From Burkholderiales bacterium (GTDB lineage Bacteria; Pseudomonadota; Gammaproteobacteria; Burkholderiales; SHXO01): a stretch of DNA of 64,000 nt. The stretch spans positions 2,809-66,808 of the forward strand of contig JADZGB010000041.1 in NCBI GenBank assembly GCA_020854105.1. The letters are read 5' to 3'. The notes under the pieces were generated by a model that made no database searches, was not told the origin of the DNA, and saw nothing but the letters and a program-made list of their open reading frames with translations. A program made the position numbers and the translations under genes. Below, piece by piece: positions 1 through 8,996 of the stretch (position 1 is its first letter; every line of letters begins with the position of its first letter).

Positions 1-217
1 CGCGCTCGGCCACGTGCGACTCGTCGTAGTCGATGACGTGGATGCGCGTGGGCACCGCTGCGCGGTCAGAGGTGCCAGCCTGCTGGACGGTGGTTTGCTG
101 CGAGCCGGTCAATTGGTTGGGCGTCCAGCAGTTGAGATAGCATGCCTGCATCCTATCGAAATCGGCCGGCTCCGCAAAGCGCGCGGCTGCTCCGGTGCGA
201 GGACTGCCTGCCCGCAT
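1..217 (-). CDS. Partial hypothetical protein (N-terminus only; the gene continues past the left edge); weakly CorA-like
   Basis: A minus-strand frame is open from ATG at 217 (alternative ATG at 151) to the window edge. Third codon positions are strongly G/C, as in the real genes here. The stretch AGTSDRAAVPTRIHVIDYDESHVAER loosely recalls CorA N-termini. Absent from the ORF track because it is truncated. Confidence 0.3.
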   Translation of the reverse strand, partial: MRAGSPRTGAAARFAEPADFDRMQACYLNCWTPNQLTGSQQTTVQQAGTSDRAAVPTRIHVIDYDESHVAER

Positions 218-261
218 GATGAGCGCGCCGCCGGCCGTCCGGTGCACTGCCGTGTCCCGCC

Positions 262-319
262 GACCCGTGTCGTCTCGCCGACCCATGTCGTTTCGCAGAC
301 CCATGTCGTTTCGCAGACC
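262..319. repeat. Tandem direct repeat, 18-bp unit gacccatgtcgtttcgca, about 3.2 copies
   Basis: Read directly: gacccgtgtcgtctcgcc / gacccatgtcgtttcgca / gacccatgtcgtttcgca / gacc. Intergenic, about 115 bp upstream of the FAH-family start codon. Confidence 0.85.
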
Positions 320-433
320 AGGGGGCCGCAGCACGCGTTCATGCGAAAATGGTGCCGTTCGTGTCCGGGGCTGACCGTCAGGCTCCGTTCCCGGCACGCG
401 TGCATTCCTTCCAGGATCAGGAGCCGAGCAGGC

Positions 434-1126
434 ATGGCCGAGTCGTTCGTCATCGAGGCAGCTCCGGCTGCCTCCGTTCCCGTGTTCGGGCAGAAGGGCC
501 GCTTTCCGGTCCACCGCATCTATTGCGTGGGCCGCAACTACGCCGCGCACGCGCGCGAGATGGGCAAGGACCCGGACAAGGATCCGCCGTTTTTCTTCTG
601 CAAGCCGGCCGACGCGGTGGTCACCGACGGCGCGGACATGCACTATCCGCCCGGCACGAAGAATCTCCACCACGAGATCGAGCTGGTGGTGGCGATTCAC
701 CGCGGGGGCGCCAACATCCCCGTCGCGCGCGCGCTGGAACACGTGTACGGCTATGCGGTGGGTCTGGACATGACGCGACGTGACCTGCAGCAGGAGGCCA
801 AGGACGCCGGCCGGCCGTGGGACTTCGCCAAGGCCTTCGACGAGTCCGCGCCGATCTCGGCGATCTATCCGGTTGCCAGCCATGGGCACCATTCGTCCGG
901 TGCGATCACCCTGAGCGTCAACGGCGAGAAGCGTCAATCGCAGGACCTCGGCGACATGATCTGGAGCGTGCCTGACACCATCGCGTTCCTGTCGCAGTAC
1001 TACCGGCTCCAGCCGGGCGACCTGATCTTCACCGGCACGCCGGCGGGCGTGGCGGCGGTGCGCCAGGGAGACGTGCTGGTGGGCGCCGTGCAGGGCCTGG
1101 CGGAACTGAAGGTGAAGATCGTCTGA
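434..1126 (+). CDS. Fumarylacetoacetate hydrolase (FAH) family protein
   Basis: From the internal ATG at 434 of ORF 14..1126 the product is 230 aa with typical FAH-family blocks (YCVGRNYAAHAREMG, PFFFCKP, HHEIELVV, GDLIFTGTPAGV). The upstream part of the ORF is low-complexity and overlaps the tandem repeat. Confidence 0.85.
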   Translation: MAESFVIEAAPAASVPVFGQKGRFPVHRIYCVGRNYAAHAREMGKDPDKDPPFFFCKPADAVVTDGADMHYPPGTKNLHHEIELVVAIHRGGANIPVARALEHVYGYAVGLDMTRRDLQQEAKDAGRPWDFAKAFDESAPISAIYPVASHGHHSSGAITLSVNGEKRQSQDLGDMIWSVPDTIAFLSQYYRLQPGDLIFTGTPAGVAAVRQGDVLVGAVQGLAELKVKIV

Positions 1127-1151
1127 GCCCGCATTCGCGACGAGTGCACAC

Positions 1152-2036
1152 ATGAACAGCGAGAATCGAAAGACCTGGCTCGAGGTCGCCGTGAACGGCG
1201 CGTGGGGGCGCAGCAGGCAGCCGCGCATTCCGATCGCCGTGGACGAGATCGTGCAGGAGGCGATCGCCTGCGCCAGAGCGGGCGCCGCGATCATCCACGT
1301 GCACCCCTACGATGCCGGGACCGGGAAGCAGAAGGACGATCCCGAGATCTATGCGCAGATCATCGGCGGCATCCGCTCCCAGTGCGATGCCATCGTCTAC
1401 CCGACCCTGCCCTTCGTGCACGGCGGCACGGCGCAGGAGCACTACGCACACGTCGAGGAACTGGCGCGCCGCGGTCTGCTGGAGTGGGCGGCGGTCGATC
1501 CCGGCTCGTGCAACATCGCCCTCTACGACGACCTGCGCGAGGACCGCAACGGCTTCGTCTACGCGAACACCGAGGAGCATCTTCGGCACGTGCTCGGGCT
1601 GGCGCGGCGCTACCGCTTCCACCCCGCGTACGCGATCTACGAGCCGGGTTTCATGCGGCTGGGCGCGACGCTGCACTGGCGCTGCAGCTGTCCGGCGCCG
1701 ATCTACCGGCTGATGTTCTCTTCCGGCTTCACCTTCGGCTTTCCGCCCGAGGACTACGGCCTGACCGCCTACCTCAATCTGCTCGACCAGGTCGCGCCGG
1801 GCGCGCAGTGGATGCTGAGCGGCCTGTCGGTGGACGTCCTGCCCCTGATTCCGCGGACCGTGGCCGAAGGCGGGCACGTGCGCGTCGGACTGGAGGACGC
1901 GCCGTTCGGCTCCACGCGCAGCAACCTCGACTGGGTGGAGCTGGCGGTCGAGGCGATCGCCAGCGCGGGCGGTGAGCTGGCCACGCCGGGCGACGTGCGC
2001 GCGACCCTGCGCGCGGTCGAGAAGGGCGAGCAGTGA
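1152..2036 (+). CDS. Beta-keto acid cleavage enzyme (BKACE / DUF849, 3-keto-5-aminohexanoate cleavage family)
   Basis: 294 aa. N-terminal pattern LEVAVNG...IPIAVDEIVQEAIACARAGAAIIHVHPYD is characteristic of DUF849/BKACE TIM-barrel enzymes. Lies 25 nt after the FAH gene. Confidence 0.8.
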   Translation: MNSENRKTWLEVAVNGAWGRSRQPRIPIAVDEIVQEAIACARAGAAIIHVHPYDAGTGKQKDDPEIYAQIIGGIRSQCDAIVYPTLPFVHGGTAQEHYAHVEELARRGLLEWAAVDPGSCNIALYDDLREDRNGFVYANTEEHLRHVLGLARRYRFHPAYAIYEPGFMRLGATLHWRCSCPAPIYRLMFSSGFTFGFPPEDYGLTAYLNLLDQVAPGAQWMLSGLSVDVLPLIPRTVAEGGHVRVGLEDAPFGSTRSNLDWVELAVEAIASAGGELATPGDVRATLRAVEKGEQ

Positions 2037-2094
2037 ACGCGCCCACAGACCGGCATTTCTACCAATCCCTGCTGGAACTTATCCGAGGCCGTGC

Positions 2095-3099
2095 ATGAGT
2101 GCGCTTCCCAAGATCGGCATCACCATGGGAGATCCCGCCGGGATCGGCCCCGAGATCATCGTCAAGTCCCTCCAGCAGATGACGCCGGAACGGCGCAGCG
2201 CGACCGTGGTGATCGGCAACATCGACATCCTGCGCCGGGCCGACAAGGTGGTCGGCGCGGATCTGGCCTTCGTCGAGGGACTGGAGGCGCGCAACGGGGA
2301 GGTCCCCGTGGCGCACGTGCCGAGCCAGGGCGCGGAGACCATCCAGGACGGCAGGATCAGCGCCGCCGCCGGTGAAGCCGCCTACCAGTACGTGGTCAAG
2401 GCGGTGGAGCTGGCGCTGGCGCACCGGATCGAGGTGATCATCACGGCGCCGCTCAACAAGGCGGCGCTGCACGCCGCCGGGCATCATTTCGACGGCCACA
2501 CCGAGCTGCTCGCCCATCTCACCGGCGCCCGATCCTCCTTCATGCTGCTCGCCTCGGACAAGTTGAACGCGGTGCACGTGTCCACCCACGTGAGCCTCAA
2601 GGGCGCCACCGAGCGTGCCACCGTGGAACGCGTCCTGGCCACCATCCGCATCGGCGACGAGCATTTCAGGGCGCTCGGCATCACCCATCCGCGCATCGCG
2701 GTGGCGGGGCTCAATCCGCACAGCGGGGAAGGCGGCATCTTCGGCAACGAGGAGGAGCGCATCACGCAGGCGATCGAACTGGCGCGCAAGGAGGGCATCG
2801 ACGCCAAGGGACCGATCTCCGGCGACACCGTGTTCTACCGCGCGCTCAACGGGGAATTCGACCTCGTGGTGGCGCAGTACCATGACCAGGGCCACATCCC
2901 GACCAAGCTCATCGCCTTCGACACGACGGTGAACGTGAGCCTCGGCCTGCCCATCCGCCGCGCCTCGGTCGATCACGGCACCGCCTTCGACATCGCCTGG
3001 ACCGGCAAGGCCAGCCCGGTGAACATGAACAGTGCCATCGCCTACGGACGCATGATGGCGGAGCGCATCCCCTCCGCACGGGGCAGCGCCACGGCCTGA
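2095..3099 (+). CDS. PdxA-family 4-hydroxythreonine-4-phosphate dehydrogenase-like enzyme (PdxA2-type, given the kinase neighbour)
   Basis: Internal ATG at 2095 of ORF 1972..3099. Motifs KIGITMGDPAGIGPEII, ITAPLNK, HFDGHTELLA, DHGTAFDIAW match the PdxA family. Confidence 0.85.
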   Translation: MSALPKIGITMGDPAGIGPEIIVKSLQQMTPERRSATVVIGNIDILRRADKVVGADLAFVEGLEARNGEVPVAHVPSQGAETIQDGRISAAAGEAAYQYVVKAVELALAHRIEVIITAPLNKAALHAAGHHFDGHTELLAHLTGARSSFMLLASDKLNAVHVSTHVSLKGATERATVERVLATIRIGDEHFRALGITHPRIAVAGLNPHSGEGGIFGNEEERITQAIELARKEGIDAKGPISGDTVFYRALNGEFDLVVAQYHDQGHIPTKLIAFDTTVNVSLGLPIRRASVDHGTAFDIAWTGKASPVNMNSAIAYGRMMAERIPSARGSATA

Positions 3100-3113
3100 G
3101 CGCCGGCGCACAC

Positions 3114-4307
3114 ATGGCGGTCGAAGTCGCAATCGTCGCCGACGACCTGACCGGCGCGCTCGACGTGGCCGGTCCGTTCGCCGCGCGTGGTCAGCGCACC
3201 GTCGTCGCCGTGGACGAGCGCGCCTGCGCGCCCGGCCGGTTCGGCGCAGCGGACGTGGTGTCGATCAATGCCACCAGCCGCCACCTGCCTGCCGCGCGCG
3301 CCGCGGCCCTGGTGGAGGATGTCGTCGCCCGGCTGTGTCCGGCCGGCGCGCCGATCCTGATCAAGAAGATCGACTCCACGCTGCGTGGCAACGTGGCGGC
3401 CGAGACGCTGGCCATGCTGAAGGCGAGCGGACGCCGCTGCGCCATCGTGGCCCCGGCCTTTCCGGCGCAGGGCCGCACCATGATCGATGCGATGGTGCAC
3501 GTGCGCGGCGAGCCGCTTCCGGCGACGCCGTTCGCGCGCGACGCGCTGTCGCCGCCGCCGCTCGCACCGCTCGATGCGGTGTTCCGTGCCGCGGCGCCCG
3601 AGGCCCGCGTCGCGCGCGTCGCGGCCGATGGCCGGATCGACACGGGCGGTGGCGATGGCGGGCTCGTGGTGCTCGTCGTCGACAGCACCACGGACGCGGA
3701 TCTCGAGCACTGCGTGCGCGGGCTGCAGGGCCGTCTGCACGAGTGCGTGCTGGTCGGTTCCGCCGGGATCGCCGCAGCGGTGGCGCGCGTGTGCATGCCG
3801 CCCGCGCCGCCGCGCGGGCAGCCGCGGCTCGCCGGAGATATCCTCATCGCGGTCGGTTCCCGGGCCGAGCAGAGTGCTGCGCAGGTGGCAACGCTCGCCG
3901 GCCAGCCCGGCGTGACACTGTTCTCCGCGCCCAACGGCAGGGTCGATGGCGCGGCCATGCTCGCCGACGACGCGCCGATCCAGGTGCTGAAGGCCACTCC
4001 CGATGCGCAGGGACGCGAGGGCGATGCCGAAGCGGTCGCGCGCAGCCTGGCGGCAGGGGTGGTCGAACGCGTGCGTGCTCGCCAAGTGGACGCGCTGCTG
4101 GCCACCGGCGGCGACACGGCGATCGCGATCCTGCACGCACTCTCGTGCGCGATGCTCGAGGTGATGGGCGACCTCGTGCCCGGCATTCCTTACTCCAGGC
4201 TCGAGGTCGAAGGCCGTCCGCTGCTGCTGCTTACCAAGGCCGGCGGCTTCGGCACCGCCGACACCCTGGTGCAGGTGGTGCGGCGGCTGCGCCGCGGACC
4301 GGAGTAG
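3114..4307 (+). CDS. Four-carbon acid-sugar kinase family protein (DUF1537, YgbK/OtnK/DtnK-like)
   Basis: 397 aa. N-terminus VAIVADDLTGALDVAG and C-terminal LLATGGDTA...TKAGGFG are typical of DUF1537. Starts 14 nt after the PdxA-like gene. Confidence 0.8.
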   Translation: MAVEVAIVADDLTGALDVAGPFAARGQRTVVAVDERACAPGRFGAADVVSINATSRHLPAARAAALVEDVVARLCPAGAPILIKKIDSTLRGNVAAETLAMLKASGRRCAIVAPAFPAQGRTMIDAMVHVRGEPLPATPFARDALSPPPLAPLDAVFRAAAPEARVARVAADGRIDTGGGDGGLVVLVVDSTTDADLEHCVRGLQGRLHECVLVGSAGIAAAVARVCMPPAPPRGQPRLAGDILIAVGSRAEQSAAQVATLAGQPGVTLFSAPNGRVDGAAMLADDAPIQVLKATPDAQGREGDAEAVARSLAAGVVERVRARQVDALLATGGDTAIAILHALSCAMLEVMGDLVPGIPYSRLEVEGRPLLLLTKAGGFGTADTLVQVVRRLRRGPE

Positions 4308-4333
4308 CCCGAGGCGTTCGGCCCCGCCTGCGC

Positions 4334-4567
4334 TCAGGCGTTGTCGACCGCGCCGCTCACGCCGGACTGGCGTGCGCAGTGCGCGCAGCAGAAGAAGCGA
4401 CCGCCGCCCTCGATTCCGTGCCCGAGTATCCTGCAGCCGCAGTGCTCGCACACCGGCGCCATCCTGTGGATCGCACACTCGAAGCTGTCGAAGACGTGGC
4501 GCTGCCCGGCGGCGATCACCTCGAAGGCCATCGCGTACTCGTTGCCGCATACTTCGCACTTGCCCAT
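4334..4567 (-). CDS. Small Cys/His-rich metal-binding protein (metallothionein-like C-terminus)
   Basis: 77 aa, MGKCEVCGNEY...CEHCGCRILGHG...FFCCAHCA, with 9 Cys and several His. A strong SD (aaaggagga) sits 7 nt upstream of ATG 4567. A second in-frame ATG at 4642 also has an aaggagg SD. Confidence 0.7.
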   Translation of the reverse strand: MGKCEVCGNEYAMAFEVIAAGQRHVFDSFECAIHRMAPVCEHCGCRILGHGIEGGGRFFCCAHCARQSGVSGAVDNA

Positions 4568-4796
4568 GGGACTTCCTCCTTTCGCGTCGTCCGGTTGCCT
4601 CTGCCCGAATGGAATGCGACCGTCATCCAGTTCCAGTGCCATCGGTGGACCTCCTTGGCACGAGAGCCGGCAATGGACATGCCGCCATTGCCGTCGGGCA
4701 CAGGCCGTTTCTGCGCGCCTGCGCGCGAACCACGTGCAGCGCCTGGAATCCAAGCGGGATCGCCGCCTCCCGAACCTCTCCCGAACGGAGCGCTCC

Positions 4797-5702
4797 ATGT
4801 CCTTGTCCACCGTCCTGCTCGCTGCCCTGCTGGTCGTGTCCACCTTGTCCGTGCCTGCGCGCGCCAGCCAGTCTGTAGTCGGTCAGTCTGAAGCCGGTCA
4901 GTCTGAAGCGGTCCGCCTCGGGCGGATCGGCCTGAGCTTCTATGCGGTGACGGCCGCAGTGGTGCACGAGGTGCTCGAGCGCCTGGGCCATCCGGTCGAA
5001 GTCAGCACCGGCAGCCATGCGCAGATCTTTCCGAAGCTCGGGGCGGGCGAGGTGGACCTGCTGGTGGCGGCCTGGCTGCCGCATGGCCACGCGGTGTACT
5101 GGGCGCAGTACGGAGCGCAGGCGAAGGAACTGGCCGTTCTGTACGAGGGCGCCCGCTTCGCGTGGATGGTGCCCGCCTACGTTCCGGAGGATGCGGTGGC
5201 GTCCATCGCCGATCTGCGCGAATCCGAAGTGGCGGCGCGCATGAGCAGGGTGATCCAGGGCACCGGGCGCGACTCCGGCAACATGATGCTCTCTGCCGAA
5301 GCGGTGAAGGCCTACGGACTGGACGAAGCGGGATACGTGCTGCGGCCCGGCACGCTGTCGGATTTCCACGGCGCCTACGGGCGTGCCCTGGCGGCCCGGG
5401 CGTGGTTCGTGATGCCACTGTGGTATCCGCACTACATCAATCGCATCGGCAGCATGCGTGCCCTGGACGATCCGAAGGGCGTTCTCGGCCCGGCGAGCAA
5501 CGGCACACTGGTGGCCAGCCGGGCCTGGACCGGACGCGCGCCCGCGCGCACGCTGCAGGTGCTCTCGCGCATTCATCTGGGGCTCGACGCCGTGGCGGAG
5601 ATGGACCGGCTGGTGAACGTGGAGCGGCTGCAGCCGCGCGAGGCAGCGCAGACGTGGATGCGGGCGAACGAGGCGGCGGTGAGCGCCTGGCTGGCCGATT
5701 GA
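4797..5702 (+). CDS. Glycine-betaine/choline-type ABC substrate-binding protein (OpuAC family), orphan
   Basis: Internal ATG at 4797 gives a signal peptide (MSLSTVLLAALLVVSTLSVPARA) followed by an OpuAC-like body (GEVDLLVAAWLP, WYPHYI, LDDPKGVLG). No permease or ATPase gene is nearby. Confidence 0.75.
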   Translation: MSLSTVLLAALLVVSTLSVPARASQSVVGQSEAGQSEAVRLGRIGLSFYAVTAAVVHEVLERLGHPVEVSTGSHAQIFPKLGAGEVDLLVAAWLPHGHAVYWAQYGAQAKELAVLYEGARFAWMVPAYVPEDAVASIADLRESEVAARMSRVIQGTGRDSGNMMLSAEAVKAYGLDEAGYVLRPGTLSDFHGAYGRALAARAWFVMPLWYPHYINRIGSMRALDDPKGVLGPASNGTLVASRAWTGRAPARTLQVLSRIHLGLDAVAEMDRLVNVERLQPREAAQTWMRANEAAVSAWLAD

Positions 5703-8261
5703 TGCCCGATGCGCCCCGCGTCGTGGCCGGCGCCGGCGAGCTGCCGTCCGGGGAACCGGCCGCGGGCGTCTCGCAGGTGCTCGCGCGCTGGCGTAGCGCC
5801 CGCTTTACCATCCTGGCCTACGACCTCGACCTGTATCTCGATGCCGGCTGCGAGCTGCTGCGCGGGCGCGTGGGCATCACTTTCCGCTTCGTCGATGCGC
5901 CGGCCGATCCGGTGCTGGACTGGCGGCCGGCCGCGGCCGGTGCATGCATCGGCGTGGTGCGTGCCGACGGCGCGAAGGCGGACTGCACCCCCGCCAATGA
6001 ACATCTGATCTTCGACCGCAGCCTGTTCCACGGTCCGGGCGATCACTGCGTAGAACTCCAGTTCGAGACGCCGATTGCCGAGGCCGGCACGCCGTTGACC
6101 CGTTACCGCGACCGCGAGGATGGCAGCGACTACCTGTACACGCTGCTGGTGCCGGCCGATGCCCGTGCGCTGTTTCCCTGCATGGATCAGCCTGACCTGA
6201 AAGCCTCCTTCACCCTCGGGCTGAGCGTGCCCAGGCCCTGGACCGCCATCGCCAATGCGCCGCTGGCGTCGATGCGCGACGAGGGCGGCCGGCGCCATCT
6301 GCGCTTCGCGCCGACAGCGCCGATCAGCACGTATCTGTTCGCCTTCGCGGCCGGGCCGTTCGCGCAACTGTGCGACGAGGACGGCGCGGCGCGGCTGTTC
6401 GTGCGTCGCTCGCAGCTCGAGCGGGCGCGACGCGAGGCCGGCGAGATCCTTCGCCTGCCCGTTTCCCTTTGCCAAGTACGACCTGGTGCTGCTGCCGGAA
6501 TTCGCCTACGCCGGCATGGAACACGCGGGGGCGAGCTTTCTGCGCGAGGACAGCGTCCTGTTCGTGGCCGAGCCGGGGCAGGAGGACCTGCTGCGGCGCG
6601 CGCAGCTGATCTTCCACGAAGCGGCGCATCAGTGGTTCGGCGATCTGGTCACCATGCGCTGGTTCGACGACCTGTGGCTCAAGGAGGGCTTCGCCAGCCT
6701 GATGGCGCACGAGGCAGCGTGTGCCCTCCTGCCCGAGATCGACGCGCGCATCGCCTGGCACCGTTCCAAGGAGCTGGCCTACGAGACCGATGCCACCGAG
6801 GGCACGACGCCCGTGCGCCGGCCGCTCGCCAACCTCGCCCTGGCGAAATCCACGTATGGCAATGTCGTGTACCACAAGGCCCCGGCGGTCCTGCAGCTGG
6901 CCGAATCGCTGCTGGGTGAACAAGTCTTCCGCGAGGCGATCCGCACGTTCCTCGCGCGCCATGCCTGGGCCGTGGTCGACTGGACCGACCTCGTCGGTGC
7001 GCTGGAGCGCGCATCGGAACGCAGCCTGCGGGAGTGGGCGGGCGACTGGATCCTGCAGGCCGGAATGCCGTGCATCGAGTGCGTCTGGCACACCGATGCC
7101 GCGGGGCGGATCGCGTCGCTCGCACTGGTCCAGACGGCGGCCCGACCGGGATCGGACGGCGCCGCCGCCGGGTGGTCGCAACGCCTCGCGGTGGCGCTGG
7201 GGAGCGGGCCGCGCGTGACGAGGACGATCGAGGCGGTGTCGATTCCCGGCACGCTGAGGCTGGACGACGCTGCCGGACTGCCGGCGCCGGACTGGGTCTT
7301 CGCGAACGCGGGCGACTGTGGCTACGGCTGGTTCGCGCTCGACGCGCGCAGCCGTGTGTTCATGCTGCTGCACCTGCCCGATATCGAGGACGGATTCCTG
7401 CGCGCGCTGCTGTGGGATGCGCTCTGGCAGGCAGTGCGCGATGCCGAGGTCGCGCCGCGCGCGTGGATCGACACCGCGCTGCGCGGCCTCAGGCGCGAGC
7501 GCGACGCACTCACCGTCGCCGCGCTACTCGGCGCGTTGCAGCGTGCGCTGCGCTGGTACGTGGACGATGCCGGCCGCGATGCCGTGCAGCCACGGGTCGA
7601 GTCGGTGCTGCGCGAGACGATGCTGACGCAGGACACCGCGGCGTTGCGCATCGCATCCTTCCGCGCCTATGCATCGGTGGTGCGCTCTGCACGCGGGCGT
7701 GACGACTGCGTCGCGCTGCTCGAGGGAGACCTGGCCATCCCGCAGGTGGGGCTGCGCACGGCCGACCGCTTTCGCCTCGTGCGCGCGTTACTCGCGCTGG
7801 GCGACGGACGCGGCGAGACCTGGCTGGACCGGCTTGCACGGGAGGGCGGCGACGACGCGCGCCGGATGGCGTTGGCCGCGGCTGCCGCGCGCCCGGACGC
7901 GGCGAGCAAGGCCGCCGTCTTCGCGCGCCTGCTCGACAGCGCGCTACCCGAACGCTGGGTGGAGGAGGCCGCGGCGGCGTTCAACGTGGTCGAGCACGAG
8001 GCCGCCACCCTGGCGCACCTGGAACCGGCCCTGCGCTCGCTGCCGCGGCTGGTGCGCGAGCGCCGCATCTTCTTCGTCGGCGGACAGCGCAGTGCGGCCG
8101 CGTGCGCGGTCGTGGAGCGCGCGCTGCGCGAGGCCGCACTGCCCGATGCGCTGCAACGCAAACTGCTCGAGGCGCACGACGCCCTCGCGCGCTGCGCGCG
8201 CATCCGCGCACGCTTCGCGAGCGGCGACTCACACGGGACGCCGGCCGCGCCGGCCGCTTGA
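5702..8261 (+). pseudogene. M1-family aminopeptidase (aminopeptidase N-like), reading frame broken near 6455-6470
   Basis: The N-terminal domain (LFPCMDQPDLKASF...) is in the frame of ORF 5162..6919. The catalytic part (PFPFAKYDLVLLPEF, YAGMEHAG, HEAAHQWFGDLVTMRWFDDLWLKEGFA) is in the frame of ORF 6255..8261. ATG 5702 overlaps the upstream TGA by 1 nt. Confidence 0.75.
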
Positions 8262-8293
8262 CTACAATACGACCTTCCCAGAGGAAGACGACG

Positions 8294-8932
8294 ATGCAGC
8301 TGTACGGATTCTTTCGCAGTTCCGCCGCGTATCGCGTGCGCATCGCGCTCGCGCTCAAGGGACTGGATGCCGACCAGGTCAGCGTGCACCTGGGCAAGGG
8401 GCATCAGTACGGCGAGGCATTCGCCGCGGTCAGTCCGCAGAATCTGGTGCCGGTGCTGGAGGACGAGGGACGCAGACTGTACCAGTCGCTCGCCATCATC
8501 GAGTACCTGGAGGAGACGCATCCGCGACCTGCACTGCTGCCGAACGATCCGTTCGAGCGCGCGCGCGTGCGCTCGCTCGCGCTGATCGTCGCCTGCGAAA
8601 TCCATCCGCTGAACAACCCGCGCGTGCTCAACTACCTGACCGGCAAGCTGGGCGTGAGCGAGGACCAGAAGCTCGAGTGGTATCACCACTGGGTGAAGAT
8701 GGGCTTCATCGCGCTCGAGAGGCGCCTGATGAGCGAGCGGCAGACCGGCCGCTTCTGCCACGGCGACGCGCCGGGCCTCGCCGACTGCGCACTGGTGCCG
8801 CAGGTGGCCAATGCCAACCGCTTCAAGGTCGATCTGAGCGACTTCCCGACCATCCGGCGCATCAACGAAGCGTGTCTGGCGCTGGACGCGTTCCAGCGCG
8901 CCGCGCCACAGAATCAGCCGGACGCCGAGTAG
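8294..8932 (+). CDS. maiA: Maleylacetoacetate isomerase (zeta-class glutathione S-transferase)
   Basis: 212 aa from ATG 8294 (SD gaggaaga upstream). MQLYGFFRSSAAYRVRIALALKG...NLVPVLED...QSLAIIEYLEE is typical of GST-zeta/MaiA. Confidence 0.85.
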   Translation: MQLYGFFRSSAAYRVRIALALKGLDADQVSVHLGKGHQYGEAFAAVSPQNLVPVLEDEGRRLYQSLAIIEYLEETHPRPALLPNDPFERARVRSLALIVACEIHPLNNPRVLNYLTGKLGVSEDQKLEWYHHWVKMGFIALERRLMSERQTGRFCHGDAPGLADCALVPQVANANRFKVDLSDFPTIRRINEACLALDAFQRAAPQNQPDAE

Positions 8933-8996
8933 GGGATCGCTGCGCGGACATCGCCGGTACGGCAGGCCGGTCCAGCCGCGCCGGTTGCCTGGCGCA

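Noticed and set aside
4656-4672. Sigma-54-like motif tggcacgagagccggca between the Cys-rich gene and the binding-protein gene
   Set aside because: The -12 element is displaced by one base (GG where the invariant GC should be). This is probably a chance match.
3042-4891. Large overlapping ORFs (3042..4559 minus, 3335..4891 plus) over the DUF1537 kinase gene
   Set aside because: They are alternative or antisense frames of a real gene. Their Arg-rich translations have no family signatures.
5162-8261. Treating ORF 5162..6919 and ORF 6255..8261 as two separate overlapping genes
   Set aside because: Only the 5702-6460 part of the first ORF and the part of the second from about 6465 onward carry M1-peptidase similarity, and they are collinear halves of one enzyme. 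The remainders are out-of-frame read-through.
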